Notes: generated by a model not told the origin, from the letters alone. A DNA stretch of 64,000 nt from an uncultured archaeon (GCA_964534625.1 CAZHRF010000006.1:35298-99297), one strand, 5' to 3'; shown: positions 9,122 through 19,636, counted from the stretch's first letter. Translations and numbers: made by a program.

Positions 9122-10936
9122 ATGGCATGGAGAGTTATGCGAGCAGCAAGAATGGAAAAAGAAGAACGAACACAATACTCAGATTGGACGTTGTTTAAGC
9201 GTACATTGAAATTATTTAGATATTATATCGGCGAAACGATAAGTGTTATAGCTATCGTTATTACAGCTTCTATAATATCTATATTACTCCCGATACTAGT
9301 ACAAAGAACTTTAGATTATTATATCTATCCAGGAAACCAAGCATTTCAAGATGAGATTATCATAATGAGTGGTATTTATCTTGGTTTTATTATATTGAAC
9401 TTCTTTATCATGCTAGCAAGAACTATATTTTTTGCTAGATTGGGACAGAAGATAATTTACAAACTTCGAAATAACGTATTTAATAAATTACAAGGGTTAG
9501 GACTAGATTATTATACAAAAGTGGAATCGGGCCGTACAATTTCTAAAGTTACTAATGATGTGGATAGTCTAGGAGAACTACTTACATCAGGTATAATCGA
9601 TATTTTTGCAGACTTTTTTTCCCTCATATGGATAATTGCAATTATGCTTACCTATGACGTGGGCATGACATTAATGACATTCACAGTTATACCAATCTTG
9701 GTAATTGTTTCATTCATCTTCCAAAAGAGAGTTAGAAAAGCTTATCGTAAAACAAGGGTTGCAATAGCAAAAGTTACAGCCAATCTCCAAGAGACTATTA
9801 CAGGCGTTAAGGTAACTCGTTCATTATCAAGAGAAGATAGAAGTATAACAAACTTTCGAGAAATAAACAAGGAAACTTTTGAAGCTAACGTAGAAGCTGC
9901 AGGTATTTCTTCATTTTTCATGCCATTAATTCAATTAATATCAGCATTAGGTAGTACTATTATTGTATTATACGGAGGCTACTTAGCTATAACTACCGGG
10001 AGAATAACTTACGGAGAATTATATATATTCTTGGATTATTCTAGTAAATTCTTTGCACCTATTATGAGTCTATTTATGTTCTATACCGTCATTCAAAGTG
10101 GTTTTGCTAGTGCTGAACGAATATTTGAGATTATGGACGAAGAACCATCAATCATCAATGCCGATGACCCAATAATCCCAAAAAAAATCAAAGGACATAT
10201 CAAATTTGAAAATGTTTGTTTTAGATATGAGGAAGATATAGCAGTCTTGAAAGATATAAATTTAGAAATACAACCAGGGGAGAGTTTGGCTCTTGTTGGA
10301 CATACAGGGGCAGGAAAAACTACGATGACAAAACTTCTTTCCCGTTATTATGATGTCAACCAAGGCAGATTATTAATTGATGGTATTAATATTAGAAAAA
10401 TTGATCTACCAACCTTACGCAAGAACATTGCAGTAGTACCACAAGATGTATTTCTTTTTAGTGGCACAATCATGGAGAATTTAAAATACGGTAAAAAACA
10501 AGCTAGTGATGAAACTGTTTATAGGATATGTAAGACTTTAGGGTTATATGATTATATATTGGATCTCCCAGATCAATACGAGACAGACGTACGAGAGGGC
10601 GGTTCTCGATTATCCTTAGGACAAAGACAACTTTTATCATTAGCACGTGCTATGATTGCCGACCCAAAGATACTCATCATGGACGAATCATCAAGTTCTG
10701 TTGATCCAATAACCGAAGAATTAATTCAGAAAGGAATAGAAGAACTACTAAAAGGACGAACCTCAATAATTATAGCCCATCGTTTGAGTACAATTAAAAA
10801 TGTTTCAAGCATTATTGTACTGGATCATGGCAAAATTGTCGAAAGAGGAACACATCAAGAACTAATTAAAAAACAAGGAGCTTATTACGGATTATATAGT
10901 ACTCAGTTGACAAGTAACATTATTGATGAAACCTAA
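9122..10936 (+). CDS. type IV ABC exporter half-transporter, consensus-site subunit (TM288-like)
   Basis: GHTGAGKTT, LSLGQRQ, ILIMDE, IAHR; 1 bp after its partner. Confidence 0.92.
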   Translation: MAWRVMRAARMEKEERTQYSDWTLFKRTLKLFRYYIGETISVIAIVITASIISILLPILVQRTLDYYIYPGNQAFQDEIIIMSGIYLGFIILNFFIMLARTIFFARLGQKIIYKLRNNVFNKLQGLGLDYYTKVESGRTISKVTNDVDSLGELLTSGIIDIFADFFSLIWIIAIMLTYDVGMTLMTFTVIPILVIVSFIFQKRVRKAYRKTRVAIAKVTANLQETITGVKVTRSLSREDRSITNFREINKETFEANVEAAGISSFFMPLIQLISALGSTIIVLYGGYLAITTGRITYGELYIFLDYSSKFFAPIMSLFMFYTVIQSGFASAERIFEIMDEEPSIINADDPIIPKKIKGHIKFENVCFRYEEDIAVLKDINLEIQPGESLALVGHTGAGKTTMTKLLSRYYDVNQGRLLIDGINIRKIDLPTLRKNIAVVPQDVFLFSGTIMENLKYGKKQASDETVYRICKTLGLYDYILDLPDQYETDVREGGSRLSLGQRQLLSLARAMIADPKILIMDESSSSVDPITEELIQKGIEELLKGRTSIIIAHRLSTIKNVSSIIVLDHGKIVERGTHQELIKKQGAYYGLYSTQLTSNIIDET

Positions 10937-11018
10937 TCCTTTTTTCTAACTTCATTTCACAATCTTTTTTAAATCACTTTTTTTATATCGATTAATCACA
11001 TTCTATGGTGTATAATTT

Positions 11019-12875
11019 ATGGCGACCTTAAAAGAACTTATAGCTAAAGAAGATAATGAGGTCCTTTGTTTAGGTAATGAAGCCATCGCCCGTGGAGCTA
11101 TCGAGGCAAGTGTTCAAGTTTTTGCTGCCTATCCAGGTACTCCAAGTTCAGAGGCAAGTATGGCGCTCAATGCTGCGGCCCCTAAATTGGGATTTTATGC
11201 TGAGTGGAGTGCAAATGAGAAAGTTGCGCTAGAGACGGCTTTTGCCGCTTCTATTAGCGGCGTAAGAGCTATGACTGCAATGAAACATGTTGGAGTTAAC
11301 GTCGCAGCTGATGCTTTGTATTCTATGACTTATATGGGAACTAAAGGAGGATTAGTCATTCTAGTTGCTGATGATCCGCACATGTTTAGTTCTCAAAACG
11401 AACAAGATTCGAGATGGTTAGGAGTATCAGCTCAAATACCTATACTTGAACCAAGTAATCCTCATGAAGCAAAGAAAATGACCAAAATGGCATTTGATAT
11501 TAGTGAAAAATTTGAAATGCCAATAATATTACGATCTACTACAAGGATTTCGCATGCACGTGCAGATGTAAAGTTTGAGAAATTTGATTCAAAGTATCGA
11601 GAGGGTGAATTTGACGGTACAAATCGGTTTAAGTGCTTACCAGCTCTTGCTCGTGCTAATCATCCCAAATTAAGAGCAAGAATGGAAAAAATCAAAGAGT
11701 GGTTACCTGAAAGCGGTTTAACAGAAATTGAAGAAGCTGACGATAATACCTATGGTATTATTACAAGCGGAATTTCCTATGCATATGTCAAAGATGCACT
11801 ACATTTGCTAGATAAAAAAGTACCTATCCTCAAACTAGGAATTGTTGCTCCATTAGATGAAAAATCCATTTTAGATTTTGCGAAAGGTAAAAAACAGATT
11901 ATCTTCATTGAAGAAGTTGAATCTTATCTTGAAGACAGAATTTCAGCTTTACTATTGCAAAAAGGCATTACGCCTAAGATTCATGGAAAATCTTCAGGTA
12001 TTACTAAAAGATATCATGAACTCAATGCTCGTTTAGTTGCAAAAGGATTAGCTGAAGTAATTGGAGGAGAAAAACTAGTAAATACTGAACCAATTCTTGA
12101 AGCAAAAAATGAAACGAAAGATTTTGTACCTTTTAGACCCCCTCTATTTTGTGCTGGATGTCAACATAGAGCTGCTTTTTATGAATTATCAAAAGTCGTA
12201 AAGAAGAAAGATGGTATATTTTCAAGCGATATTGGGTGTTACTCGCTTGACCCATGGGTTACTGACACAATTCTCTGCATGGGTGGAAGTATAGGTATGG
12301 CAAATGGTTTTACAAAAGTAATTAAAGACAAACCAGTTTTTGCAATAATAGGTGATTCAACCTTCTTCCATACGGGTTTACCCGCTTTAGCCAATGCAGT
12401 GTATACGAACGCAAACATGAATGTTTTAGTTTTAGACAATAGAATGACAGCCATGACTGGATTTCAACCAAACCCTACTGAAACCATCGATATTATTGAC
12501 GTAGCCAAGGGGTTAGGTGTAAAATATGTCGTAGAGTTTGATCCATACGACTTTGAAAAAGGAAAAGAAGTTTTTGAAAAAGCAATTGAATACGAAGGTC
12601 CTACGGTTATTGTAATGCGCAAAATATGCGCAAATGAGGATTGGAGACGGAAACGTCGTGCTGGAGTAGATATTCAAACTTATGAAGTTGATCCAGAAAA
12701 ATGTATTGCATGTTCAACCTGTCTTGTCAGATATGAATGTCCAGCCATTTCTTGGAGTATTGATACAAATTCTAAGGGTAAAAGATATGCTGTGATTGAT
12801 GCCTCAATGTGCACTGGTTGTAGTGTGTGCTCACAAATTTGTCCAGTAAAGGCTATTTCTAAAAAGGAGGATTAA
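11019..12875 (+). CDS. iorA: indolepyruvate:ferredoxin oxidoreductase alpha subunit
   Basis: GNEAIARG, YPGTPSSE, NEKVALE, RPPLFCAGC, DIGCY, GDSTFFHTG (TPP), and two C-terminal 4Fe-4S Cys motifs. Confidence 0.95.
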   Translation: MATLKELIAKEDNEVLCLGNEAIARGAIEASVQVFAAYPGTPSSEASMALNAAAPKLGFYAEWSANEKVALETAFAASISGVRAMTAMKHVGVNVAADALYSMTYMGTKGGLVILVADDPHMFSSQNEQDSRWLGVSAQIPILEPSNPHEAKKMTKMAFDISEKFEMPIILRSTTRISHARADVKFEKFDSKYREGEFDGTNRFKCLPALARANHPKLRARMEKIKEWLPESGLTEIEEADDNTYGIITSGISYAYVKDALHLLDKKVPILKLGIVAPLDEKSILDFAKGKKQIIFIEEVESYLEDRISALLLQKGITPKIHGKSSGITKRYHELNARLVAKGLAEVIGGEKLVNTEPILEAKNETKDFVPFRPPLFCAGCQHRAAFYELSKVVKKKDGIFSSDIGCYSLDPWVTDTILCMGGSIGMANGFTKVIKDKPVFAIIGDSTFFHTGLPALANAVYTNANMNVLVLDNRMTAMTGFQPNPTETIDIIDVAKGLGVKYVVEFDPYDFEKGKEVFEKAIEYEGPTVIVMRKICANEDWRRKRRAGVDIQTYEVDPEKCIACSTCLVRYECPAISWSIDTNSKGKRYAVIDASMCTGCSVCSQICPVKAISKKED

Positions 12876-12877
12876 AA

Positions 12878-13474
12878 ATGGAAGATACATATCAAATGAT
12901 CGTTGTTGGTGTAGGAGGACAGGGAATATTGACCATTTCAGATGTTATATCTATAGCAGCAAGAAAAAAAGGTTTGCATATTCTAGGTTCAGAAGTTCAT
13001 GGAATGGCTCAAAAAGGTGGTAGTGTTATCACTAACCTAAAAATTGGTACAGAGTTATATTCACCGACCATACCCCTAGGTTCAGCTGAAGTTTTAATAG
13101 GATTAGAACAAAATGAAACTCTGAGATATCTTGAATATCTCAAACCTAACGGAATGGTAATAACATCTAGAACTGTTCTTTATCCTGTTACATGGAAAAA
13201 AGATAAAAAAGCAGCTGATCAAGCGAGAGAGAACATTGAAGAAAATTTAAGGAAATTCAATGCCAAAATAATACAAATTGATGCTGAAAAACTAGCTATT
13301 GAAGCTGGTCTTTCTTTAGCTCAAAATGTTGTCCTTCTAGGTGCCCTTTCACAAGTAGAAGGATTTCCACTGGCTGAAGAAGAATTGAGAGAGGCATTAA
13401 AAGAAAGAGTACCTTCAAAATACTTAGAACAGAATTTGAAAGCGTTCAAATTGGGTATTAAAGCAATGAAGTAA
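12878..13474 (+). CDS. iorB: indolepyruvate:ferredoxin oxidoreductase beta subunit
   Basis: GVGGQG, SEVHGMAQKGGSV, NVVLLGAL; GGAGG RBS upstream. Confidence 0.95.
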   Translation: MEDTYQMIVVGVGGQGILTISDVISIAARKKGLHILGSEVHGMAQKGGSVITNLKIGTELYSPTIPLGSAEVLIGLEQNETLRYLEYLKPNGMVITSRTVLYPVTWKKDKKAADQARENIEENLRKFNAKIIQIDAEKLAIEAGLSLAQNVVLLGALSQVEGFPLAEEELREALKERVPSKYLEQNLKAFKLGIKAMK

Positions 13475-13475
13475 A

Positions 13476-13525
13476 TTCTTTTTCATTATTTCTTTTTATT
13501 TTGTATCTTTTTTATCTTATTTTGA
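13476..13525 (+). terminator. T-rich archaeal terminator after iorB
   Basis: Several T5-T6 runs directly after the stop codon. Confidence 0.5.
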
Positions 13526-13604
13526 ATAAACAAGTTTACTTTGGAGTAGGTGAATCTATCACCAGCGAGGTTTTATTCATTTTTTAATTACTTAAGAATT
13601 GATT

Positions 13605-13624
13605 TTTTTTGACCTGTCAAAAAA
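13605..13624. promoter_or_regulatory. perfect inverted repeat TTTTTTGAC-CT-GTCAAAAAA, candidate operator
   Basis: 9-bp arms with a 2-bp spacer, ~110 bp upstream of the DUF211 gene. Confidence 0.35.
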
Positions 13625-13735
13625 CTGGGATTTTAATTTCCCTTTTCGGGGTTTGATTATAGAACAAGTAGAAAACACAAATATTATATGGGAGATAAAT
13701 AAATCCTATTTACTCAATAAAAATGGGAAACAAAA

Positions 13736-14056
13736 ATGGCAAATAATGATAAAGAAGGTAATTTGCGTATTCGAAGATTAGTGTTAGATGTACTAAAACC
13801 ACATCAACCAAGAATGGACGAACTTTCTCTGGTAATTGTTGGCATTCCAGGAGTAAATTCGGTAAATATAATACGAACAGAGACGGATAAATCCACAGAG
13901 GGTATCAATGTGACAATTGTAGGATCTGATTTGGACTATAAACGTATAGAAAATGCATTAAGAGATTATGGCTGTTCAATTCACTCTATTGACGAAGTTG
14001 TCGCTGGTGAAAGCATTATTGATACCGTTGTCTTACCAAACGAAGAAGAATCATAA
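13736..14056 (+). CDS. DUF211 family archaeal protein
   Basis: IRRLVLDVLKPH and SIHSIDEVVAG signatures. Confidence 0.88.
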   Translation: MANNDKEGNLRIRRLVLDVLKPHQPRMDELSLVIVGIPGVNSVNIIRTETDKSTEGINVTIVGSDLDYKRIENALRDYGCSIHSIDEVVAGESIIDTVVLPNEEES

Positions 14057-14256
14057 GAGAAATTATTTTATCTAAATCCGTTTTATATCTTTATTTCTCT
14101 CTTTCTTATAACGTTTCTATATATTAAAAATATTTAAAAAATCAATCAAGAGATATATTTAAGATATCTCTGCCATTCACTACTAAATTTTAATTTAATT
14201 AAATAATATTAAGTATCAACATAACAGGATTAGAGATCATATTGATCGTAAAAAAA

Positions 14257-14823
14257 TTATTGGTCTCGGGCTTCTAATTCGTTAATAAGCCATATAAAGG
14301 ATTCTTTTACACCTTTCCCATGTAATATAGAACAATCAAACACAGCAAATGTTGTATTTTTTAAATCCAAATGTAGTCCCAACATTTGTATCAATAATGG
14401 TGCTTCTACAGCTCCTGGTAAATCTTGTTTATTTGCTAAAATTAACAGAGGAACGCTTTCCATGTATGGATTATTGAACACATGTGTTTTCATAACCTCC
14501 CTTGCTTCAGGTAACCTTTCAATATCTGCAGCATCAATTACAAAAATTACTGCTTCAGTTCCCGGATAATGAGCCTCCCAGAGAAATCGAAAATGAGCTT
14601 GTCCAGCCAAATCTACTGCTGTAATAGTCCAATTTTCAAAAGTAAAAGATTCTATGTTTTGTCCAATAGTCGGAGTTAAATTATCATTAAACTTACCAAA
14701 ACGCATATATCTTGTCAATGTGGTTTTGCCAGCACTATCTAACCCTAAAATAAGAATTTTGGCTTTATGTTCTTTTTTTAGTCTGGTCTTAAGCCACTGA
14801 GAGAACCCAGTAAACACACTCAT
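14257..14823 (-). CDS. Arf-family-related small GTPase (eukaryotic signature protein)
   Basis: G1 GLDSAGKTT, G2 PTIG, G3 DLAGQ..FRFLW..HY, G4 NKQD, G5 CSI; N-terminal amphipathic helix. Confidence 0.92.
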   Translation of the reverse strand: MSVFTGFSQWLKTRLKKEHKAKILILGLDSAGKTTLTRYMRFGKFNDNLTPTIGQNIESFTFENWTITAVDLAGQAHFRFLWEAHYPGTEAVIFVIDAADIERLPEAREVMKTHVFNNPYMESVPLLILANKQDLPGAVEAPLLIQMLGLHLDLKNTTFAVFDCSILHGKGVKESFIWLINELEARDQ

Positions 14824-15219
14824 CCTATTATCAGTCCATCCTTTAATTGAAATAATTTAAGTAATTTTTAAGACTTGCTATTTTTAAGCTTATCATTCTT
14901 TATGATAATTATAACCAACTACTTTTATATTTTTGTATACTCTAAGCAAGTTAGTGTTTAACATGTCAGACTAATTAATATACTATACTCAGTCTGAATT
15001 ACTTGTTAACGAATATTCAGTACTACTTTAAAATATTTATTATAACGGAAAAGATTCATTCCTCTATTTACCTTCTTTAAAGAAAGAGGTATCGACAGAT
15101 TTCATTACAATTGGTTTAAATTAATACATTACATAGAATTTATTTGCCCGTTTATGTAAACATTTTTAAGAATCAATTATTCATTGATTTCGGTATTAAA
15201 TTTTGGTGAGTGCTGCTCC

Positions 15220-15531
15220 ATGAGTCTTAATGATACTTCTGCAGATGAAGATTTAGAAATTGTTTCAAATGAAATAAAAATAGGGCCTGATCGGCTTACT
15301 CGTTTTGAACGTGCTAGAATTATTGGTGCTCGAGCTTTACAGCTCAGCATGGGAGCACCTGTCCTGATTTATATGGAAGAAAAAGGGAATAAATCACCTC
15401 TCGTTATTTCTGAAAATGAACTAAAGAGTAAAGTTTTACCAATTAGCATTAGACGTGAAAATCCTAACAAGACGTATCAAATAATTCCACTACAAGATCT
15501 GAAAGATGTACAAGCAATAAGAGAGATTTAG
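15220..15531 (+). CDS. rpoK: DNA-directed RNA polymerase subunit Rpo6 (K)
   Basis: LTRFERARIIGARALQLSMGAP. The ATG at 15220 is preferred because GGTGAG lies upstream. Confidence 0.93.
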   Translation: MSLNDTSADEDLEIVSNEIKIGPDRLTRFERARIIGARALQLSMGAPVLIYMEEKGNKSPLVISENELKSKVLPISIRRENPNKTYQIIPLQDLKDVQAIREI

Positions 15532-15703
15532 TTTGACTTCTCTTCAGATGTTTTTTAGTAACGTCAATATTTAAGGCATATAAAATTGTATTCCGTAATT
15601 AATTTTCTATCCCTATTATTTTTTGAGTGCTTAAAGGAAAGAAATAAAAAGAAATCATTTTGTATAATACATAAGTGTAAATTTCGTATTAGTTGTGATT
15701 AAT

Positions 15704-16012
15704 ATGGTTAAAATTCCAGATAAGATGAAAAAACATTGTCCAAAATGCAATAAACACACAGAAATGAAGGTTAAACAAAATAAAACTTCTCGTAGAGGAG
15801 GAGGAATGACAGCCACAGCACGTAAGGCAAAAATCCGTCGTCGAGGGTATGGTAACTTAGGAAAATATAGTAAAAGACCGGTTACTCAAACAAAAATGGC
15901 ATCAAAAACCTCCCGTAAGGTAGATCTAAGATTAACATGTCCCGAATGTAAAAAAGTATGGGTATTAACCTATCCTAGAGCAAAAAGAGTAGAAATGATC
16001 AAAAAACGATAA
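15704..16012 (+). CDS. rpl44e: 50S ribosomal protein L44e
   Basis: CPKCNKHT...RGYG...KVDLRLTCPEC zinc ribbon; basic protein. Confidence 0.93.
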   Translation: MVKIPDKMKKHCPKCNKHTEMKVKQNKTSRRGGGMTATARKAKIRRRGYGNLGKYSKRPVTQTKMASKTSRKVDLRLTCPECKKVWVLTYPRAKRVEMIKKR

Positions 16013-16141
16013 CAAAACTTCAAATTTTTTGATATTTCATCTTTCACGTATCCAATAGTTTTTCTTTAAACATTAAATTAACATACTTTTTGTTATTAGA
16101 TGGTTTCATGTTTATTTTCACTTTTTTCAATTGTCAAATCA

Positions 16142-16149
16142 TTTAAATA
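16142..16149 (+). promoter_or_regulatory. TATA box of a probably leaderless sucCD transcript
   Basis: TTTAAATA ending 22 nt before the ATG at 16172. Confidence 0.45.
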
Positions 16150-16171
16150 TACTTTAGTATGAACTACAGAT

Positions 16172-17314
16172 ATGAGCATGTTCTACGAATATGAAGCTAA
16201 AAAACTTTTTAAGGATAACTCAATTCCAACGCCACAAATTAGGCTCTATGATGGTCTTGATAGTGTCAAAGAATTTGCCAAAGAGATTGGTAAAGATTCA
16301 ATGATGGCAAAAGCTCAAACCCTAGCAGGAGGAAGAGGTAAAGCAGGCCTTATCAAGAAGGTAACTGTTGATGAAGCTGAAGATTACATTAAAAGCATAA
16401 TTGGAAAAGAACATAAAGGTTCTACCGTCAATAAAGTGCTTTTAGAAGAACCTGTTACAATCAAACAAGAGTATTATCTTACTGTAATGATGGATAATGC
16501 TCAAGGTTCTTACATGGTATTAGCTAGTCCAATGGGTGGTGTTGATATAGAAGAAGTTGCAGATAAGCACCCAGATAAAATCTTTAAGAAATACTTTGGT
16601 GTCAATGAAGAACCGTTATCTTACAAGTTTATGAAACTTGGGAAACAAATGGGTTTCGAAAGCAAAACATTGTTGAGATTTACACGCGTTCTTTCACAAA
16701 TGATAAAGATGAGTAAAGATAAAGACTTAACATTAGTAGAAATCAACCCATTAATTTTAACGGAAGACGATAAAATCATAGCAGCCGATGCAAAAGTTGT
16801 AGTAGATGGAAATGCGTATTATCGACATCCAGACATTGCAGAACTCCAGTCTCAACGTGATCAATACACAGACCTAGAGTATGAAGCAAAAAAAGCGGGT
16901 ATATCTTATGTCCAACTTGATGGCGAGGTAGGGATTATTGCATGTGGTGCAGGTTTGTCCATGGCAACTTGTGATTTGTTGAAATTCTATGGTAGTTCTC
17001 CTGCCAACTTTTTAGATGTTGGTGGTGGAGCTGATGAAAAAAAGGTCGACAAAGCGCTTGAAATTCTATCTTCTCAAGATATTAAAGGGATATTCGTTAA
17101 TGTTTTTGGAGGCATAACACGAGGAGACCAAGTAGCAGAAGGGATTATTAGTGCCACTAAACGATTAGATATTGAAATCCCAATGGTTATAAGGTTGATA
17201 GGTACTAATGATCAACAAGGTATTGCTTTACTTGAAGAAAATGGATATAATGCGTACGGAGAGATGGAACCAGCCATTAAGAATATAGTTACATTAACTA
17301 AAGGAGGTAATTAA
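16172..17314 (+). CDS. sucC: succinyl-CoA synthetase beta subunit
   Basis: EYEAK, KAQTLAGGRGKAG, EINPL, GAGLSMAT, ANFLDVGGGA, NVFGGI. Confidence 0.93.
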   Translation: MSMFYEYEAKKLFKDNSIPTPQIRLYDGLDSVKEFAKEIGKDSMMAKAQTLAGGRGKAGLIKKVTVDEAEDYIKSIIGKEHKGSTVNKVLLEEPVTIKQEYYLTVMMDNAQGSYMVLASPMGGVDIEEVADKHPDKIFKKYFGVNEEPLSYKFMKLGKQMGFESKTLLRFTRVLSQMIKMSKDKDLTLVEINPLILTEDDKIIAADAKVVVDGNAYYRHPDIAELQSQRDQYTDLEYEAKKAGISYVQLDGEVGIIACGAGLSMATCDLLKFYGSSPANFLDVGGGADEKKVDKALEILSSQDIKGIFVNVFGGITRGDQVAEGIISATKRLDIEIPMVIRLIGTNDQQGIALLEENGYNAYGEMEPAIKNIVTLTKGGN

Positions 17315-17315
17315 A

Positions 17316-18185
17316 ATGGCCATATTAATTGATAAAACAACGAAAGTAATTGTACAAGGTATAACAGGAACACAAGGACGTTTTCACACCAAATCAATGA
17401 AAGATTATGGTACAAATATTGTTGCTGGAGTAACACCAGGTAAAGGAGGAGAAGAAGTGTATAACATTCCTGTTTTTGATACTATGGAGGAAGCAGTCAA
17501 TGTTACTAAAGCTGAGGCTTCAGTAATATTTATCCCCGCACCCTTTGTGTATTCAGCTGCAATGGAAGCCATTGATGCAGGAATAAAGTTACTAACAATA
17601 ATTACAGAAGGAGTTCCTGTAAAAGATAGTGCAAAAATAAGAAATAAAGCTATTCAAGAAGGAGTTATTTTAGTTGGTCCCAATTGTCCAGGTTTAATTA
17701 CACCAGAAGAAAGTAAAATAGGGATTATACCAGGACAGATATGCAAAAAAGGTAAGGTAGGTATAGTGTCTCGTAGTGGAACATTAACATATGAAATTAT
17801 TCAAAACCTTACTGTAAATGGATTGGGACAGTCTACTTGTGTAGGACTAGGAGGAGATCCAGTCCATGGTATCGATTTTACAGAAGCTTTAATGATGTTT
17901 GAACAAGATCCACAGACTGAACACATTATCCTAGTAGGAGAAATTGGAGGAACAGGTGAACAAGAAGCGGCTAAATTGATTAAAGAGGAGATATCCAAAC
18001 CCGTATATGGATTTATTGCTGGCCAAACAGCGCCTCCAGGTAAAAAAATGGGTCATGCAGGGGCTATTGTAACAGGTGAATCAGGAACTGCAGAATTCAA
18101 AATGCAAATTTTGGAAGAAGCAGGTGTCATTACTGTAAAAACGCCACAAGAGATACCCGATAAAATCATGAAGAAGAACAAATAA
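17316..18185 (+). CDS. sucD: succinyl-CoA synthetase alpha subunit
   Basis: QGITG, GPNCPG, SRSGTLTYE, MGHAGAI (phospho-His). Confidence 0.95.
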   Translation: MAILIDKTTKVIVQGITGTQGRFHTKSMKDYGTNIVAGVTPGKGGEEVYNIPVFDTMEEAVNVTKAEASVIFIPAPFVYSAAMEAIDAGIKLLTIITEGVPVKDSAKIRNKAIQEGVILVGPNCPGLITPEESKIGIIPGQICKKGKVGIVSRSGTLTYEIIQNLTVNGLGQSTCVGLGGDPVHGIDFTEALMMFEQDPQTEHIILVGEIGGTGEQEAAKLIKEEISKPVYGFIAGQTAPPGKKMGHAGAIVTGESGTAEFKMQILEEAGVITVKTPQEIPDKIMKKNK

Positions 18186-18255
18186 TAAATAGATTACCAT
18201 TTCTATTTTTTATATTTCTTTTTTTAACCCCGATATAGGCTAGGGGTTATACTAT

Positions 18256-19521
18256 CTAAAATGAGGGAGAGGGGAGATTGATTTCTTTATAATATGTTTT
18301 TTCTTCGTTTCTACCGAAACGTCTCTTTATACAATAATCAATTTGGATCCCCAGAGAAGTATTGTAATCAAACTCATCATATGGTAAGATTAATGTTCCT
18401 CCAATTATCATATCTCCTTCTTTTTGATAAAAGGAATACCATTCCATAATACTAAGAGTCTTATTATTTTGTATACCTAAAATGGTGAAACTTTTCATCA
18501 CTTTATTCCATGATCCATCATGACTAAAATAAATGTCTAAAGGAACATACACAATGCCTTCATTTATTGCGTGTTCATAATATATACCTGATGGTTTGCT
18601 TACAAGAGATAAATCATAAATCTCCGTATCCAATGAGCGATCACTAATTATTGCATCTAATACAGGTATAGCAATTATAAGACCTATAATAATTGCAACT
18701 TTAATTAGTAATTTCTTTCTTTTTTGTTTATTGGTAAACAAACTTACAGCACTTCTTTTGGCTTTATTAAAGGAATTTTCTAAATATCCTCCAATATTGA
18801 ACTTGCTATTTTGTGTTTTTTCTTCTATTTTTGTACTCTCAATCTTTTGAGTAGTGTCTTGATTTTCTTTCTCCGTTTCCTTTTTGACATTAGTTTCTTC
18901 TTCTTTTTCTCCTTCTTTTTGTCCTTCTTTTTGTCCCTTCTTATCCTTATTCTCTTTTTCATCCTCGGGTGCAAAAAGTATGTAAAGTGCAATAACTACC
19001 AATAAGCCTATCATTACGAACCTCGCAATAGATAATTGTGTCATCCATAGGCGCAAATAGCCTATTTTTGGTAGCATAAACACTGTTTTTCCGACTACTG
19101 CATTATAAGGGATCAAGGTTGAAGTACTGTTATATTTATCAACAAATGTATTTGTATTGGGATTATCCCCACTTACTCTATAATAATAATTCATTCTACC
19201 TGATTTTTCTATTATTGTTATATTCACAACCCTGTGAATAATTAAATCGCCCATTCCAAAAGAAGGGTTCTGAGATCGATAGACAATAACATCGCCCATT
19301 TGGATATTCTCTGGTTTTGCTGCATATAACAAAAACATATCTCCCTGATCATAAGTAGGCCACATACTCGAGCGAGGGCCATTTTCAATGACAACAAATG
19401 ATAGACCTAAAAAACCACCAAATATCATTTTAATTATCAGAAAAGCAAATAAAGCTAGCAAGGATAATACTAAGATCTCTTTAAAATCAATTTTCTTCAA
19501 ATATTTCTTCAATGAAGACAT
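18256..19521 (-). CDS. archaeal signal peptidase I (S26B/Sec11-like) with C-terminal extension
   Basis: SSMWPT..GD (Ser), IIHRV (His), GDNP; followed by a TM, a charged linker, a further TM and an extra domain. Confidence 0.85.
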   Translation of the reverse strand: MSSLKKYLKKIDFKEILVLSLLALFAFLIIKMIFGGFLGLSFVVIENGPRSSMWPTYDQGDMFLLYAAKPENIQMGDVIVYRSQNPSFGMGDLIIHRVVNITIIEKSGRMNYYYRVSGDNPNTNTFVDKYNSTSTLIPYNAVVGKTVFMLPKIGYLRLWMTQLSIARFVMIGLLVVIALYILFAPEDEKENKDKKGQKEGQKEGEKEEETNVKKETEKENQDTTQKIESTKIEEKTQNSKFNIGGYLENSFNKAKRSAVSLFTNKQKRKKLLIKVAIIIGLIIAIPVLDAIISDRSLDTEIYDLSLVSKPSGIYYEHAINEGIVYVPLDIYFSHDGSWNKVMKSFTILGIQNNKTLSIMEWYSFYQKEGDMIIGGTLILPYDEFDYNTSLGIQIDYCIKRRFGRNEEKTYYKEINLPSPSF

Positions 19522-19636
19522 TGAATGAAGTTTAGTATAGAAGTTTAAAATGTTTTCTTATTGAACTGCCTTCTACCCGTGAAGAAAGGGAAAACAAAGC
19601 TAAATTCAACCCGAGACACAAGTCAATAAAAAAGGG

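Noticed and set aside
13599-13781. 60 aa ORF overlapping the DUF211 start
   Set aside because: TTG start, no motif, and it runs through the regulatory spacer.
14149-14171. AGAGATAT-N7-ATATCTCT inverted repeat
   Set aside because: Lies between convergent genes in AT-rich DNA; at most a terminator-associated hairpin.
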